64,000 bases of DNA from Tubiluchus corallicola (Eukaryota; Animalia; Priapulida): NCBI GenBank assembly GCA_030141605.1, contig JAQGDQ010000401.1, positions 62,001-126,000 on the forward strand. Reading direction: 5' to 3'. The translations under genes and the position numbers were made by a program. Positions 24,601 through 39,600 of this stretch are shown piece after piece. Below the pieces are notes generated by a model, which was not told where the DNA came from, did not search any database, and was given only the letters and a program-made list of their open reading frames with translations. Numbering within the stretch: the stretch's first letter is position 1; every line of letters begins with the position of its first letter.

Positions 24601-27600
24601 ATATTGGTAGGCTTATGCACACAAATATATGTGTAAAAGCTTACACCTAAAAAAATTGGTAATTAAATGTTTAGTCGCAAATTGGACCTATTAAAAATTT
24701 TAGCTTTCTCAAATATTTACAGTTTTTTTAGCCTTACTACATTAATATGTTTTGTTACTTCTATTACATCATTAGTACCGTAATGATATTAATAATGTTC
24801 CAACTAAATAAAATGGTGCTCTAATTGTTACAGAATAACATTCCATTGTTTAGTTGATTATGGTACTGAATCTTAACTAGTTGGTAATTGTACTGAAACT
24901 TAACTGATTTTAATTTATAAATTAATGGTGTTTTGTGCTTTGTCATCGTAGTTATTCATTGCAGAAAAATTTTTATAACCTTTCACTAACTACAAGCTTT
25001 AAAAGGAAAAATTGGAGACCCGGGTTTTTACTTTTAAGCCTATTTAAATTTATCAAATTCAAACCAATGCCCAATGCAGTGTGTGAAATCAAATCTTAAG
25101 TTTAATATTAACATTTTACCAACCATTTTAGCAGATTGTCCAGATGGATTTGAAGGATTTGTTGATTCCACTGGAACAAGTCGTTGCTATAAATTTCACA
25201 CTGCACCAGCAAAACGCGAAGCTGCATATCAGACGTGCACTGATGAGGGAGCCATACTTGCGAATATCAAAAGTGAAGAAACTCGTGATTACTTCAACAA
25301 TTCGTAAGTATGTCAGTTCACCCTTGGCACGTGGAAATTTCATGTCATTGAAGGCAGATAACTGCATGCCAATTAATTGTACCCTTATCAGACCTGGCAA
25401 CTCTCACGCATTAGGCATATGTTACATGCATTTTAATCTTTTACACAGGCACCCGCATCAAATTTCAGTTTTCACACATTCCACAACTTCATGCACAAGA
25501 TTGCAAAATCACCTGGCTTCCTTTGCGGTCAGTACCAAGCACAACACAATAACTATTCTCAATAATACAGTAATGTTCATGAGTGTCAAGATGTACATTA
25601 TGCTAAGGGGTTTTACAGTTACTGAAAATTAAGCATAAAGCATTTTTAAGTGCAATAACAACATAATAAAGCTTAGTATTCCAAAAATGACCTAAATGTT
25701 TTTTGCAATTTGATTTGGATACCCAAAAAAAAACTAATATAATTTCTGAGTGTAATTTACTTCCCCCCGGACCCTGGCAGCAGAATATACCAAAGGTTTC
25801 TACTTTTTACACTCACTTTTACATAAAATGGTTGGCAGGTCTGCATTATGGTGTTACATGCTTACTTCAAAACAGTAATTGTGTCTTGCGGGCCTTTACT
25901 GTAAGTATATCGAGAGAGAATGGTGAAAGACAATAGTGGTCATGTAGCAGCCACCTTTTTTATAGATTGTTAATGTTAGTTTAATTATTTAAGCTATGTT
26001 AATAGCGTCTTGTGAGCGATTTGTCAAATTTTACAAGATATGCGTGTGTTATTTTGGACACAATGTTGGCCGTCATATTGAATGTTATTATTCAAACAGA
26101 GTTTGGACTTTGATGTTCTGTCTAGTGACTCCTTAATACCACTAAGAAGCAGTGGCTTACCTAGAACGTAGTGTTCAGAGAGGCACTTAGGTTTAGTGCT
26201 CATACAGATGTGTGAGTAATACACCCGTATAGTATTATGCAAAATAACAATGATGAACTTGCGACAACTAAAATACCTACATGAGTACAATAGACACCAC
26301 AGTAAACAAACAGCTAATCTAAAATAATTTTGTCTGAGCACAAACACAAATATGTGCCATCTTGAATTTCACAACGGTTTTGTCTTGCTCGATTAAACAC
26401 TTAATGTGCTCAGGTAAAATTTTTTTAATTGTAATCAAGATGCAAAAACTAACTAAACTGTTATAGCTAGACCTAATTACTTGAAACAGATGTAAGAGAA
26501 CGAGCAGTTGCTTGATGAACTAGAAGGGAAGTGAGTCGACAATGGATGAAATAAAAACTGCTTTTTGTATGAACTATTTTCTTGATGTAGTCAAGTGTAT
26601 CCAGAATTGGGAAGAAAATGGTGGATGGGACTCTGGTATGACGAAGCAAGGAAGGGATGGTTTTGGGATGATCGTACTGCGTTTTCTGACGTTATTTCCA
26701 CGTACTGGTATGAAGATCCTGATCCCGGACCAACCCGTACGTTTGATAATATTCTTTCTATTTAATCTTCATCATACAAACTTACAATTAATTATAGTAT
26801 TTTTTATTACCAAATTTGAAAAACAGGAGATGCTTAAAACATTGAGATTTGGACCTGGATTTGAACCACGGTCCAACTGCTTCCACGGCAGATACCTCTG
26901 CTCAGTAGGCCATCATTTCCCTAGTGATTAAGGCATCCATCGTTCATCTCTTTTAACTAGCCAACCAAATTTCGTCATTTGCAATGTTAGATCACCCATA
27001 CTAGTACTTCTAACTAATTAGATTAGTCTTCATTGCTCTTTATTTTAAATAATTTTAGCCCTAATAATAATTATTCATGTTTATTTAACCTGGGGCCAGT
27101 TTCACAAGGCTGTCACTAAGTTAGGAACGTCATTATTACATTCACTTAACTATTAACAATATAATAACTTAAAACAAATAATTACCTATTTCCATTGACA
27201 TTGCATTTGCAGAAACTTAAAAAATTAATGAAATTAAGCAAAGGCAAGTCTGGTAAATAAATAGATAGGTTACTTGTTGAAAAAATGATCTGCGCAGTTT
27301 CATTTGCCATGCAACTCCTGACTGTTTAACTCACCGAAAAAGGATGTACATCAATCCAAGCGTTGCCAACTCTGCTGATTCAGTATCTCATCTCAGATGT
27401 AGACCCTTGATAATAAGCTACATTCCAGTCCTGCCACAACCAGCTACTTAAATATGCCCTTCCATAGAGTGTTGGATACTGGTTTGCAAATTGCTAAGTA
27501 CGTATTCCTTATCGAATTGTTAGTCAAAAAGACTACTATGTTTAAAATAATTTCAATGGATTTGCAGCCACATAAAGATTATTTGTTGGAAAGCTGTTGT

Positions 27601-30600
27601 TCTAATATAGACTATGTTACTGTGTTACTTCAACAGTAATGTTGTATTTTTTCTATGTAATTATAACCCTTTTACAAAGTCTTTTCTCATTGGTTCATAA
27701 ACTCCAACTGATTATTCGTAGTGCTAGATTTGCTGCGCATACTAATATCCAGTTTTCCCCTTGAATGTCCTGCCTTTGGAATTATTTACCAAAATATTGT
27801 CTCTCTGCTATTTACGCCCTTGAATGCTTCATCCTTTCTAACCATAGCACCAAACCCTGTGTGATAATCTGTCTAAATGTTTTCTAATTCCATTCAGCAA
27901 ATGCATTTCCCAACCCTAGCTGTGTAATGGCTGAGCTGGAGTACAACTTCTACTGGGAGGAGACGATTTGTGAAATTGATCCACAACTAATTAATTTTCC
28001 TGAACAAGATGGAGAATTAAATGTTGTGTGTGAATTTGATGCTATGACCAGCTCACAAACAGGTTAGTAATGGAAGTAGATTTTCATTTTTAAGTAGCTG
28101 TAAGTAACAATACAGCTAATATTTAAAGTAGCATAAAAGTATTCTCCATAAAGTAGCAGTTTAAGTTCATTCATTTCTTGCAGCTTTCCTAACAAGTAAG
28201 TGAATTGTAGGGTGAGATTTACTTCTAATTTAGAAGAGGTAAAGTAAGATTATCTCTTTCAGATAAATTATAATAGCTCAGCCAAATATGCTTTAAAATT
28301 TTTCAAATAGTCACAAAACTCTCTACCTCGCTAGAGGGCCTCCAAACTTTTGTAAGGTTGTGTGAACCTACATCAAAAATGTGCAAAAATGTCACCAATT
28401 ATTCTGGATGTCTGTTAACAATTTAAAAATTCACAAAAACTGGGAGAACGTTTTGAAATGCTTTTGAGAATGCTGCGACGACTTGGCGACCCAACGAGCA
28501 TACAAGTCCCAAGACATGCACAAACATGTCGTTCAAATTTCATGCGGCATTCTAAAAATTCTCCAAAAGTTCAAACTTTGCAAAAAAAAGCCAAAAATTG
28601 GACAAAATTTTCAGAACTTCGTGCAAATGATTTGTGAATTATTTTCAGCAACTGTTGGACATTTTTGATCATTGCATAAAGTTATAGCCTGATGAAATCC
28701 TTGTTTTAACACTACAAGTGTCAATCTATCTGAAAAACTCTGATTGAGGGAGATGCTAAGCTGTGTTTTTATAATGGTCAGCAAGTGAACTACATAAGCA
28801 TCCAAAGCAGCTAGTTTTGTAAAGCAACGATCTTCTTAATTCGGAAACTGGGAAACTTTAGTCAGTACCTGCAATTGTTTAGCCAAGATAAATGCACACC
28901 TTAAAAATTACAAATAAAATTCAACTTAATTAATTAACATGGGAACTCATTGAGCATCCAAACAGCAAATCTTGTAAAGCAGTGATCTTCTTAATTATCA
29001 GTCTTCTGTTTTGGTATGTGATTTAAAACAGTACTTCCAGAGGTGAATTTAAATTGCATCATTTTTCAGTTGATGTCTGCCCATCGGGATGGATTGGTTA
29101 TCCCGCCATTGCTCCCGCATCCTGCCTTCGAGGACTGCAACTTGGTGGTAAGGATGCACGGGGTGCCGAAATAGCGTGCTGGAATGAGGCAAATGGCTTC
29201 ATTGCTTCTCTTGCTAAAATCGATTCTGAACACAAACTGGCAGCTGTGGCAGAAGAAATGGAATCAAGGAATCTATTCATCGAGTATGTACTTCTTTCAT
29301 GTCCATATCATTGTTCATGACAAATGATGTGGGAAATGTTCTGGAAGCTTCTGTATTGTACAACATCCATAATTTGTGGTTCTAAGCTGTTTAAGTGCCT
29401 AACCAGTTAATTAAACTGAAAACAAAAACATGCAAACCATTAATAGATGGACAGGTTTATTATTTGGTGCAGTAGAAAAGTTAGAAAGAGTGGAAAAGAC
29501 CCACATATTTTACTGGATGTGGTTGTAAAGTCAGAATGCAAGTAACTGTTAATTTTGCAAAATTTTGACATGTCAGAGTGGACAATAAATGCCCAACCGT
29601 AAAAACCTCAATCAGAGAAAAGGAGAAATTGCCAAAGAGACAGCTTATCTTATGCTCTTTGTTTGTCATTAATCAGCAACTAGAATGATAACATGATGTG
29701 AAAGTAATTTTATACCCTCCATATGTATGCTAACTGTCATTAATAATGCATAGGAATTTCACAATTTGATGTCTTGGAATGCTTGCTACTTGTATTCTAC
29801 GGGCAGCTTTATTATAGCCATTTTAAAATAAAGAACCAATACCATATTGTGTGGTACCGTAACATGCAGCACTGGCGCCATGTGCCCACAAATTGTAGGT
29901 GATAAACAAAAGCACTGGGTAATGATATCTGCTTATAAATTTTTAAACTCTAAATGGTCTTGTTTAAGCTCGCTGTAGAAGAACCAACACAATATTGTGT
30001 TGTATCGTACATGCAACACTGGCGCCATGTGCCCACAAGTTGCAGGTAATGAACAAAAGCACTGAGTAATGATATCTGCTTATAAATTTTTAAACTCTGT
30101 CTGGTCTTGTTTAAGCTCGCTGTTGTACAATTGAGACAATAGAGCACAACGCCTCATAACAACCATTTTAAAGGCCATGTTTTGAGGAGATTTAAATGAA
30201 TATTTTTTAGCATTTGCAGGTGATTGAAATAATGAATAATATTTTTGCAAATGATTATGCTTTGAAAAATTTAGGTGGTTTTTAACCATTCTACAACTAG
30301 ACCTTTTGAACAGAATGGTTATCCATATATTATTATTTTGCATTAACCTTTCATCCGACAAATATCACCGTTAAAGAAGCCTTTATGCAGTATTGAAACT
30401 TTGCTGCAAACAGTTAAGTTAACTGTCTGCTGAAAACATTTAGTGAAAATGAAAACTGAAAATAAAAATTTATACTACCAATAAAACAATTTGAATTGCT
30501 CTGCTGTCTGTATATGTATCGACAAAATGATATAATTTTACATGATGAGCGTATAGCTTCCAATTTGAAATATCATTTATAAAGAGTACGAGAAATAAAG

Positions 30601-33600
30601 GAACTTAGACGCTACCTCTGAGCTAACAGGAGTGTAATTGGCGAATCGTTGTTAATAGTGACTCTTTGAGTATAACACATCAGCAAGTTTTAATCCAGTT
30701 TTTGCATACAGACACTGTGAAACAATTTGTCACTTACCTTACAGACCAGATACTGGTGTGTGGGTTGGTCTATTGGAGTATGGCAGCGAATGGATGCATT
30801 CACTGGATATGCAAATTTTGCCAGTTTCTCAACTGACAGGAATATATCGCAACATACCTAGTGGTAAGGAAATAGGGTAGTAATTACCAGGTGGGAAGTT
30901 TGCTGTACTTAAAATATTGATATGATGCACATTTATGATATGATATTGTGGGCAATTATCAATAAATGAATAAAAAATTTAACTTCATCTCCAATTATTG
31001 TCGATCAGTTTTTATTTTTGAGGTGTTTCATATTCTTCTTTTCAATTACTTTCTACAATTCTTCGGAGTTTGACAACAATTTCGAATAATGGTGATAGCC
31101 AAAGTATTGAAAACATGCAATGAACTGAAAATTTGACCTCATTTCCAATTATCGCTTATCAATTATCAAAGTCAACAAAACAAAATGTCATGCTTTATTT
31201 TTGTTCTGAAATAAAAACTTGTTGAAAAGCGCTGTTTTTGTCTATAGGCAAAGCGGTGTCTTGTTGATCCGTTGTGTGGTCCGTTATGAAGTGTGTTTGC
31301 CCTACTTTCACAAAATTGGACGTCACTCCTACATGCCAAAACCCTAATTTAAAAACTAGCCCAGAATGTGAAGCATTGCATTACTCGCTTAGTTGTTCTG
31401 CCCGAGTTCTTTTAGTTATTGCATTTATTTATTATTGTTTTACTTTAAGATTTGTGTTAATTTTTACTAATATGATATTTTTGTATGATTATTAATGTGA
31501 AGTTTGCATCTTCTGTTGTGAGCCAAATATTGTTACCATTGTATGTAATTGTACATTTGTAATATGGTATTGTAGCTAATCAAATTTCAGAAAGTTCTTT
31601 TGTCATAGGTTCAAACTCTGGGAGCTATCAAATTGTCTTACTAAAAATTTCATTTGGGCCATATGTAAAAGGAACTTCATCCACTCAGTCTTCGTATACA
31701 CTCCAGAGAGCACCAATAACGTCCACATTTCACAATGCAGTGTGTGAAATGCCCTTACCACAAACAGGTGACATAAGACTTTTCTTCAACTTGACTGCTT
31801 GCTAAGTCAACTTTGTAGTAAAACTAAGTCATAATTAAATTTAACTTACAATTGGTTTTCCAGTTACTTACACGTGTGACTCGGGTTATTACAATGGAAG
31901 ATCTAAATGCCTGGAAAAACAGTCTGCAACTACCTCTTTAGGAGCAGCTTTGGCCAAGTGTCCTCAGCCTAAGAGAGTTTTACACATGACGTCACCTCAA
32001 GACCTCATCAGACTGCAGACTATGTACTTTCTCAGTGACTATTATGAGCAATATGAAGGATATTACTCGTAGTAAGTTATCATTTTTAAACTAAAAGCTT
32101 GTATAACCACAACAGACATAGAAGATTTTTTAACACATTATTATCGTTACACAAAATATTCTTAGTTATTATTAAGCAAAGGAGACTTGTCAGGTAAATA
32201 ACTTACCTTTTTCTGTTGAATCATAAAGTGATAAAAAAATCAGAAGAAACAAGTTTTACAGTAAGTTTACAATATTCGTAATAAAAGGATGATTTTAAGT
32301 TGTAAAAGATTAGTAATGAAGCACCCCTTTCTTTGACTCAGTAGCCATTAGACTAATTGTTTTTGTCTAATATAAGCCAGATTTGTAAGTTTTGGTTTGT
32401 CACAGGTAAACGTGAATGGAACTTCATATTGTGAAATTTGTGGTTAATCATACTCTCAAACCAATGTTATAATTTTCTACTACACACTTTACAGCTGTGG
32501 CTTCCCAAATGTTTCTACATCAATAAGAAGCTTCCTTGGTTGTCCAGTCCAGTCAAGTCATTTTTTCTGAATTAATTTAGCACTAACTTCATTTGCTGTT
32601 TTTTAAGTTACAATAAAGGCAATGTTTGGCTTTCACCGAGGCTTTTGCGCGCGACTGGAGAGTACGAAACATTAGAAGGTGAAATCGTTGGAGCTTTTGA
32701 AAGTCCAACAAAGCTCAACTGGATAGGATATTCAATCTGGTCAAATGAAGTGCATGCTCACGAAGAGGTATGTTGTAATGATCTTTATGCTGCAGCAGAG
32801 GTACTTTGCTCTTTCTTGTATGCTTCGAAAGTACTATTCAGTGCTCTTTTTTGTTTGCTGCAGCAAAAATAACTTTTACTGCTCTTTCTTGTAAACTCTA
32901 GCAAAGGTGCTTTGTAGTGCCCTCTCTCTTATACACTCTAGTAGAGGTGCCTTGTTAGGCTCTTTCTTGTTTGCTTCAGCTAAGGTTCTTTATAGGGATC
33001 TTTCTTGCACATGCCAGCAAAGGTGCCTTTCAGGGCTATTTCTTGTACAATCCAGCATACGTGCCTCGTAGTTCTCTTTCTTACACTCTGCAGCAGAAGT
33101 ATTTTGTAGTGCTCTTTCTTGTACTTTCTATTTGTAGGCGTCTTAGTAAAACTTACTGTTTCATCATCTTTAGCCTTTAGCAAAGCTTCGGATTCACTTT
33201 GGTTTATTTTTCTTCCACCACCACAAAATGTAACGTTAGGTCCTGTTGAACCCAAATACTACTTTGTAATGCTACTTTCCGATTTTAACTAGTGCACAAT
33301 GATGTTACTGCGGATCTAATAGTGGCACATTAAACAATTTGTAATTATTTGTAATATCTAAAAAACAGTAAACTGCTGTTTTTTGTTTGTTGGTGTGACC
33401 CACTATTACAGGGTGAAAAACAGTAGCAAGCTCTATTTGTACAGGTTTCCACTGAATTGCAAAAAATGTCAGTTTTACCTGCTTTTAACTTTCATAACAT
33501 TGTTTATTTTCTTATTGTTTTTTAAAAAAGTAGCTGATTATTAGAGAAATGCCTTAGAATGCAGTTGAGCAAGGTTTTCCAATTAACCTGTTTTTCACTT

Positions 33601-36600
33601 CATTTAAATAATTTGTAAAAAAATTTAATGGGTAATAGCAGCTAATGGGAAGTCAATGTACCTGCTGCTGTAGCTGCAACTTAACTAGCTATATTTTTTC
33701 GTATGAGCTTTTAAATATAGTTAGATGCTTTATCAAATCAATGGCTATAACCTAGCATAGCTTACTTCATTTTTTTGCTTTATGTTGCACTGCTGTTAGA
33801 AGCTCTTTCTTATGTACTCCAGCAGAGGCACCGTGTGCCAAAAGACATTTTCTTGTATGTTGTTAGTGCTTGTGGTCTGGATTAAATTTTTATTATTATC
33901 AAGGCTAATTCTACGGGATGGAATACAGAGCTGGTAGAGGTGTCCAGACCACACACAGATGCAGAAAAAAATTGCCCAGAAACAGTTTTGCAGCCGTCAC
34001 CTATCCAATTTCCTACCAGGCCTGACACATTTTACTTTGTCACCCGTCCACTTTCTGATCAGGCCTGATGCAGCTTCATTTTGCTTCCTATGCGCACACC
34101 TAAACCAATCATCAAGTTCCTTCACACCAAAAAATTAATGTTGGAAAATTTTTTAATATGGACAAGCATTTGTTTACGCTGCCACTATTTAGAGTATCAA
34201 CGTCATCAAACGGACTCAATTCTGACAGATTTTGCTGGGTTTTATAGTCATTCTTCCATACTTTAACTACAGCCTATCTAAATAATTTTTGCTTTGTGAA
34301 TAACAATTAACACATTCTATTATTTTGCTACATAGGACTGGGAAGCATATTGTGCTGTGTGGGTAGACGAACATGCAGGATACGTGGAAACTTTTTGTAC
34401 TGCCACTCACCCTTTCATCTGTGAAGCAGTGTTTACATCTGACGAGATGGGTAATTTTATAGGAAAATTTCTTTTCTAAACAGAACTTACAACACTAATG
34501 AGCTGCTAGTGCACTGAAATTGTCATTATATTCTCACAAGCAACTAGATAATAGTGATTGGCGTAAATTATTATAGTTTTAATTTTATTGACCGAGCTTT
34601 ACTATTCACTTAGACTTTCATTTAGTTATTTTGTGAATCAACTGGTATTCCATACATAACTGTGTTCGTGGTCATGCTTGTCGATGCTGCTTATCGAAGT
34701 ACCGTTTTTCGTGATACCATATATTTATATACTTGTCGTCAACTGCACTAAAACGATTAATAAATGTACATAAGCATGAACACTTGCTGCCTTTGAAAGT
34801 GAGAGGATGATGTTCCAAACAAGGTGCATCTACTCTAGCTAACTCTAATGGTAAGCATCAAACATCATTTATGATTTTCCACCAAGGAATTTTCCACAAA
34901 TGATAGTTTCTGCTATTAAGGACTGATAAGGCTCGTGTACTCTTCCATGACTCAGATAGAAAGAATTTGACAAGTAACAATATACCTTTGCAGTTTAGTT
35001 TTGGCATAGAGACGTTTTTAAGCAAAAGCCAGGCCTCTTGGGAAGCTGGATTTATTTTAATATTTGAGAAAGACGTTAGAAAGTTTTAGCAATAGAATTG
35101 TTGTGTGCAACTTTTGTAATTAGTGAAATCAGTTTAAAGTCGCGAATTGCTTCATTTTTTTACATATATGCTCATCTTGAACAAATAATGACGTCATCCG
35201 GTTACCATACAATTCAGTTAAACACAAAGCTTTAGTCAACTAGAATATCGGAGTTTCTGAGTGAACTACAGAAGTATTGTAACTTGTGTTTTCAATGTTA
35301 TCCACCAGCTTATGTCATGTTTTTTCAAATGTGTCCGAAGCAAATCTCGCTAAGTGGGAGATATGAACTATTTAATTTTTTGCAATTTTAAACAAGGCAT
35401 ATTAAATACAATGAATGTTGTTCAAGAGTTGGCTTTCTTTTAACATTAGATAAACAAAACTAATAAAAAATGTAGCTTGAGTAGTGCTTCGGAATAGCAG
35501 TGTACCTGAAAACGTATTTTTATTGCTTATGTGTAATAATATAGATTCTATAATTATTATTGATAGTAGACACTTTTATACGCAAATGAGTCTAGAATAA
35601 AATGTTTAAATGAATCGAACTGTAGCTTGCATACCTTTTGTTCTGCAGATGTCAGCACTGCTATCACAGAAAGTTCTACATACAGCAGTGAATCTGCATC
35701 TGCTGATTACACAAGCACTGATAACAGCTTAAGCTCTGAAGTTACTGAACATTCAACTATTTATAATACATCAAGCACCATGGAAACTACCAATGGTACT
35801 ATATATAGCAAATTATAATTATTTTTTACTTTATTCTTCTATAAACTTATTTTTATTTTATTGCTACCATTAGTACCAGTACAGTTGTTCGCTGGTCAAA
35901 CATACCTTATGTAATTTGTAGTGCTTAATTGAAAATATATACATGCGATGACAGAATAAAATTCTGTTTTTCTAACAATACAATTTCGAATTATCGTTAA
36001 TGTCTAAGAAAATGAGACAATGTATGGTCGGCCGGTCGCAAAAAGGTGTTGCTAGTTTAGATTGAGTATTAAGACAATTTATATCTAATAGAAATAAATT
36101 GCAAAAGTCTACTTTGAAGGCTCCCTCTACTCATGTTATACAAAGGTCAATCGAGCATGTAATGCTTTACAGTTACTCTATGATAACCACACGTACAACT
36201 GGGATCCACATTGTTGCCGGTTGCATGTGTGACTGCTAAGATCATTCAGTTGCAAAAGCCTAGCTCTTAATCTTGTATGATGTGTAACATTTTATAAAAG
36301 CCATATACATAGAATTATCAATAACAGTAAGAGTTTATAAATACTGTGTGTTTTTATTTTTTGGAAAAACTTTAGATAGATGAGCCTGCTCTGATGTTAT
36401 CAGATAATTGTTCCATTCAGTCACTGATACAGGCATAAATCTGGACGAAACTTAAACTGCACCAATCTGTATGCTAACCTCTTGTAAGACCTAAAGTTTT
36501 TGAGCCATGCTGATATAAAAGGTTTCCAGCAGGAACTAATGCAGAAAAGTCAATGGAAAAATATCACTTTGAAACATTTTAGCATTAAACTCATACTAAT

Positions 36601-39600
36601 TTTGTCATTCAGCTCATAGTGATCGAAGCATTTTGATAATGGGCTTATAGTAATGTGTTACAAGAATTGTTGCACAACTTCAACTCTGAGTGTGCATTGG
36701 GAAGTAAGGATTAACATCGAACATTCGAAATTGATTTGAACCTAAAATTATGGATTCCAATAATTCAGCACTTCAACTACATACATTCTTTATCATTAAA
36801 ATGTTTCAAAAAATTCTGCCATCAGCACAATCTACATGCAATTTCTGTTCACAATTTTTCCTAAGTAATTATTAGTGTTTTTACTGCACCTTACCGCATA
36901 AAATCAAATAATATGAATGATCTTTTGTGAGACAGATTTTTAATAGTAATTCAAAAATTGAATTTGAATTCGATTTGGATTCAAAAATGCTGAAATTTAG
37001 TTTTATTGGAGTTCAAAAGTCACAAATTCGATTCAATTCGAATTTGCTTTCTGATAGAGAATGGAGAATGCTAACCCCTACAGGGAAGTGTCATTGGGTA
37101 GTGTACACTATTCAAGTGTGGCAGTTGAAGCCACACACTGTATCCCACTCTTCAAATTAAAACGACCTACTGATGAACTTTGTAATTAACTGTACTACAT
37201 CCTGAGCAGCCTACTTTTTTATAATCTAGATATCAGCACTGCAGCCACAGAAAATCCTGTATATAGCAGTGGATCTGTGTCTACTGATTACACAAGCACT
37301 GAAGTTACTGAACAGTCAACTGATTATAGTATGTTAAGCACCATGGAAACTAGCACAGGTATTATCAAAGTAAACATTGACTTAAATTTAAAGCCCGTAA
37401 CTTTTTTCCTCAATGTGGATTACAGTAAATTTTCAATATGTAAGTAATAGTAACTGTTTTACGTGTACATCACAAAAACAACCAAAATGCTGCTCAAGAG
37501 GATTTTCGAACTAATTAAAACCTCAGCATATGTTTATTTTGCAGATGTCAGCACCATTGTCTCACAAACTTCTATGTACAGTGCTGAAATTGTGTCTACT
37601 GATTACACAAATACAGACAACTCCTTGACATCAGAAGCTAGTGAACAGTCAACTACTTACAGTATGTTAAACACCATGGAAACTAGCACTGGTACTGTCA
37701 ATAACATATTATTATTAATCTCATATTATATTTCTTTGATATTGTGGAGTGACTGCTTCTTCTTTCTGAAATGAATTTATCGGTACCTATTATTTTGCAG
37801 ACGTCAGCACCAGTGTCACAGAAAGTTCTACATACAGCAGTGAATCTGTATTTACTGATTATGCAAGCACTGGTAGCAGCTTAAGCTCTGGAGCTACTGA
37901 ACAGTCAACTGTTTACAGTATGTTAAGCACCATGGAAACTGAAACAGGTACAGTCAACAGCTAGTCTGTGTTATTTTTGTACATCATATTTTTCAGTTAA
38001 GGTAGTGTTGTAGCAAACAGCACATTATAAACAGCTAACTCATGTGTATATGGACATAGTACGGTTGAGTAAGGCTGTATAAAACTGAGAATATAAACAC
38101 CTACAATAACTACCAGACACAGTCATTTGACCATTGTTTATCTGTTAAGAAATTAGAATGAGTTTTAGTATAAACATACTATTTTAGTTTATGAATAATC
38201 TTTGTAGTGATAGTGCAGTTGTTTTTAATTAGTGCAAACTGTTTAAATCTCCGATAATTTTCTTTTCTGCAACTCTAAGCATTTCAAAGAAACAAGAGTG
38301 GTAATTATAAGTTTTTTAATCGTATAATCTTTAATCTCTTTTCTGTTTCTATTCTATCTGCCTTATAATGGTGTGCCAATTGTTAAAAGAATACAAATGG
38401 CCTCAAAGTTGTGTGTCTGCTTCTGCCACCTCTTAAATAGGTGCTCTTGAATGGGAAATTGTTCAGAATATTTAATTATGAATTGCAAAATTACTTATTT
38501 CTCTTTATGCAAGGCTTATCAGAGTGTAAGACCTTTTGCATTTCTTCTATTACATTGAATTTCTTAAATGATGGGAAAGTGATGGCATTTGCACTTTCAC
38601 TCGCAGGGGAAGTTTATATTTACAGTAACCAGCAATCATTTTACATAGTTTGCATCGCAATTACAATTACAGTAAAATAGTTTAAACAGTTAAAATTTAA
38701 AATATCTAGGTTCTGGATTATTAAATATTAAAATTTATTAATAATAATATTAGAATTTAAAGTCCTGGATGAGTTCTCAGTCCTTCTCAGTTCCTTTTTT
38801 TTAGCAGATGTCAGCACCAGTGTCACAGAAAGTTCTACATATAGCAGTGATTACGCAAGCACTGATAGCAGCTTAAACTCTGACTCTGCTGAACAGTCAA
38901 CTGATTACACTGTGTTAAGCACCATGGAATCTAGTACAGGTACAGTCAGTAGCTAAACTGTTAATTTTGCATACGAAACACTGAACACCCCCAGGATGCT
39001 TAGCCAATACCCATGTAAATACACCTGTCCTCCATGGAAAAATAGCCAGCATGATGAGTAAGACCACTGACGGTGAGACGTAAACACTGTGGTTACCCAG
39101 CCATTTATGAAGCAGGCTTAGTGTTGCTAAACTTCAGTTGGTAAGCACTGACAGTGACCGCTCAGCTATTGCTTCCTTCAACCTGAATATGTTGCAAGTC
39201 AATAATGTAATAATTGTGATTCAAACAGCCTGAAGGATGTGATGGTGACAATGACGATGACGATGATGTCTATATTCCTAATGATATTTAATGTAAAATA
39301 TTGGCACTATTTCTTTTTCTTTTGTGGTGCTTTTTGAGCAAAATAACTTTAAGAGATATAATAGTATCTACAAAAAGGTCCTGCATGAGTTCTCATCCCT
39401 CCCAGTAGAACACCTTACATGATTTACATTTTCTTCAGTGATCTTTGCTAACTGTTTATCACAAGTAACTTTTTATTTTCTTTTTTAGCGTTTTGAACAG
39501 TCATGTAATAGTAGTCAACATACAGTATCTTAGTGATTAAATTCTACTGGCGGCTTGTATCCTGCTAATGAAATGTACAAGTGCACGTGGTCTTTATTTG

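Noticed and set aside
26851-26915. Functional tRNA gene
   Set aside because: Only box-like motifs are present; stems do not pair into a convincing cloverleaf, so it is treated as a SINE relic.
31248-31350. Acceptor-like tctatag| as CTLD2 exon 3
   Set aside because: The required phase-1 frame stops after six codons; 31609-31767 fits phase and the terminal VCE motif instead.
33904-34068. Open phase-0 frame as an extra CTLD3 exon
   Set aside because: Weak acceptor, ends in a stop without a convincing donor; 34336 completes the domain directly.
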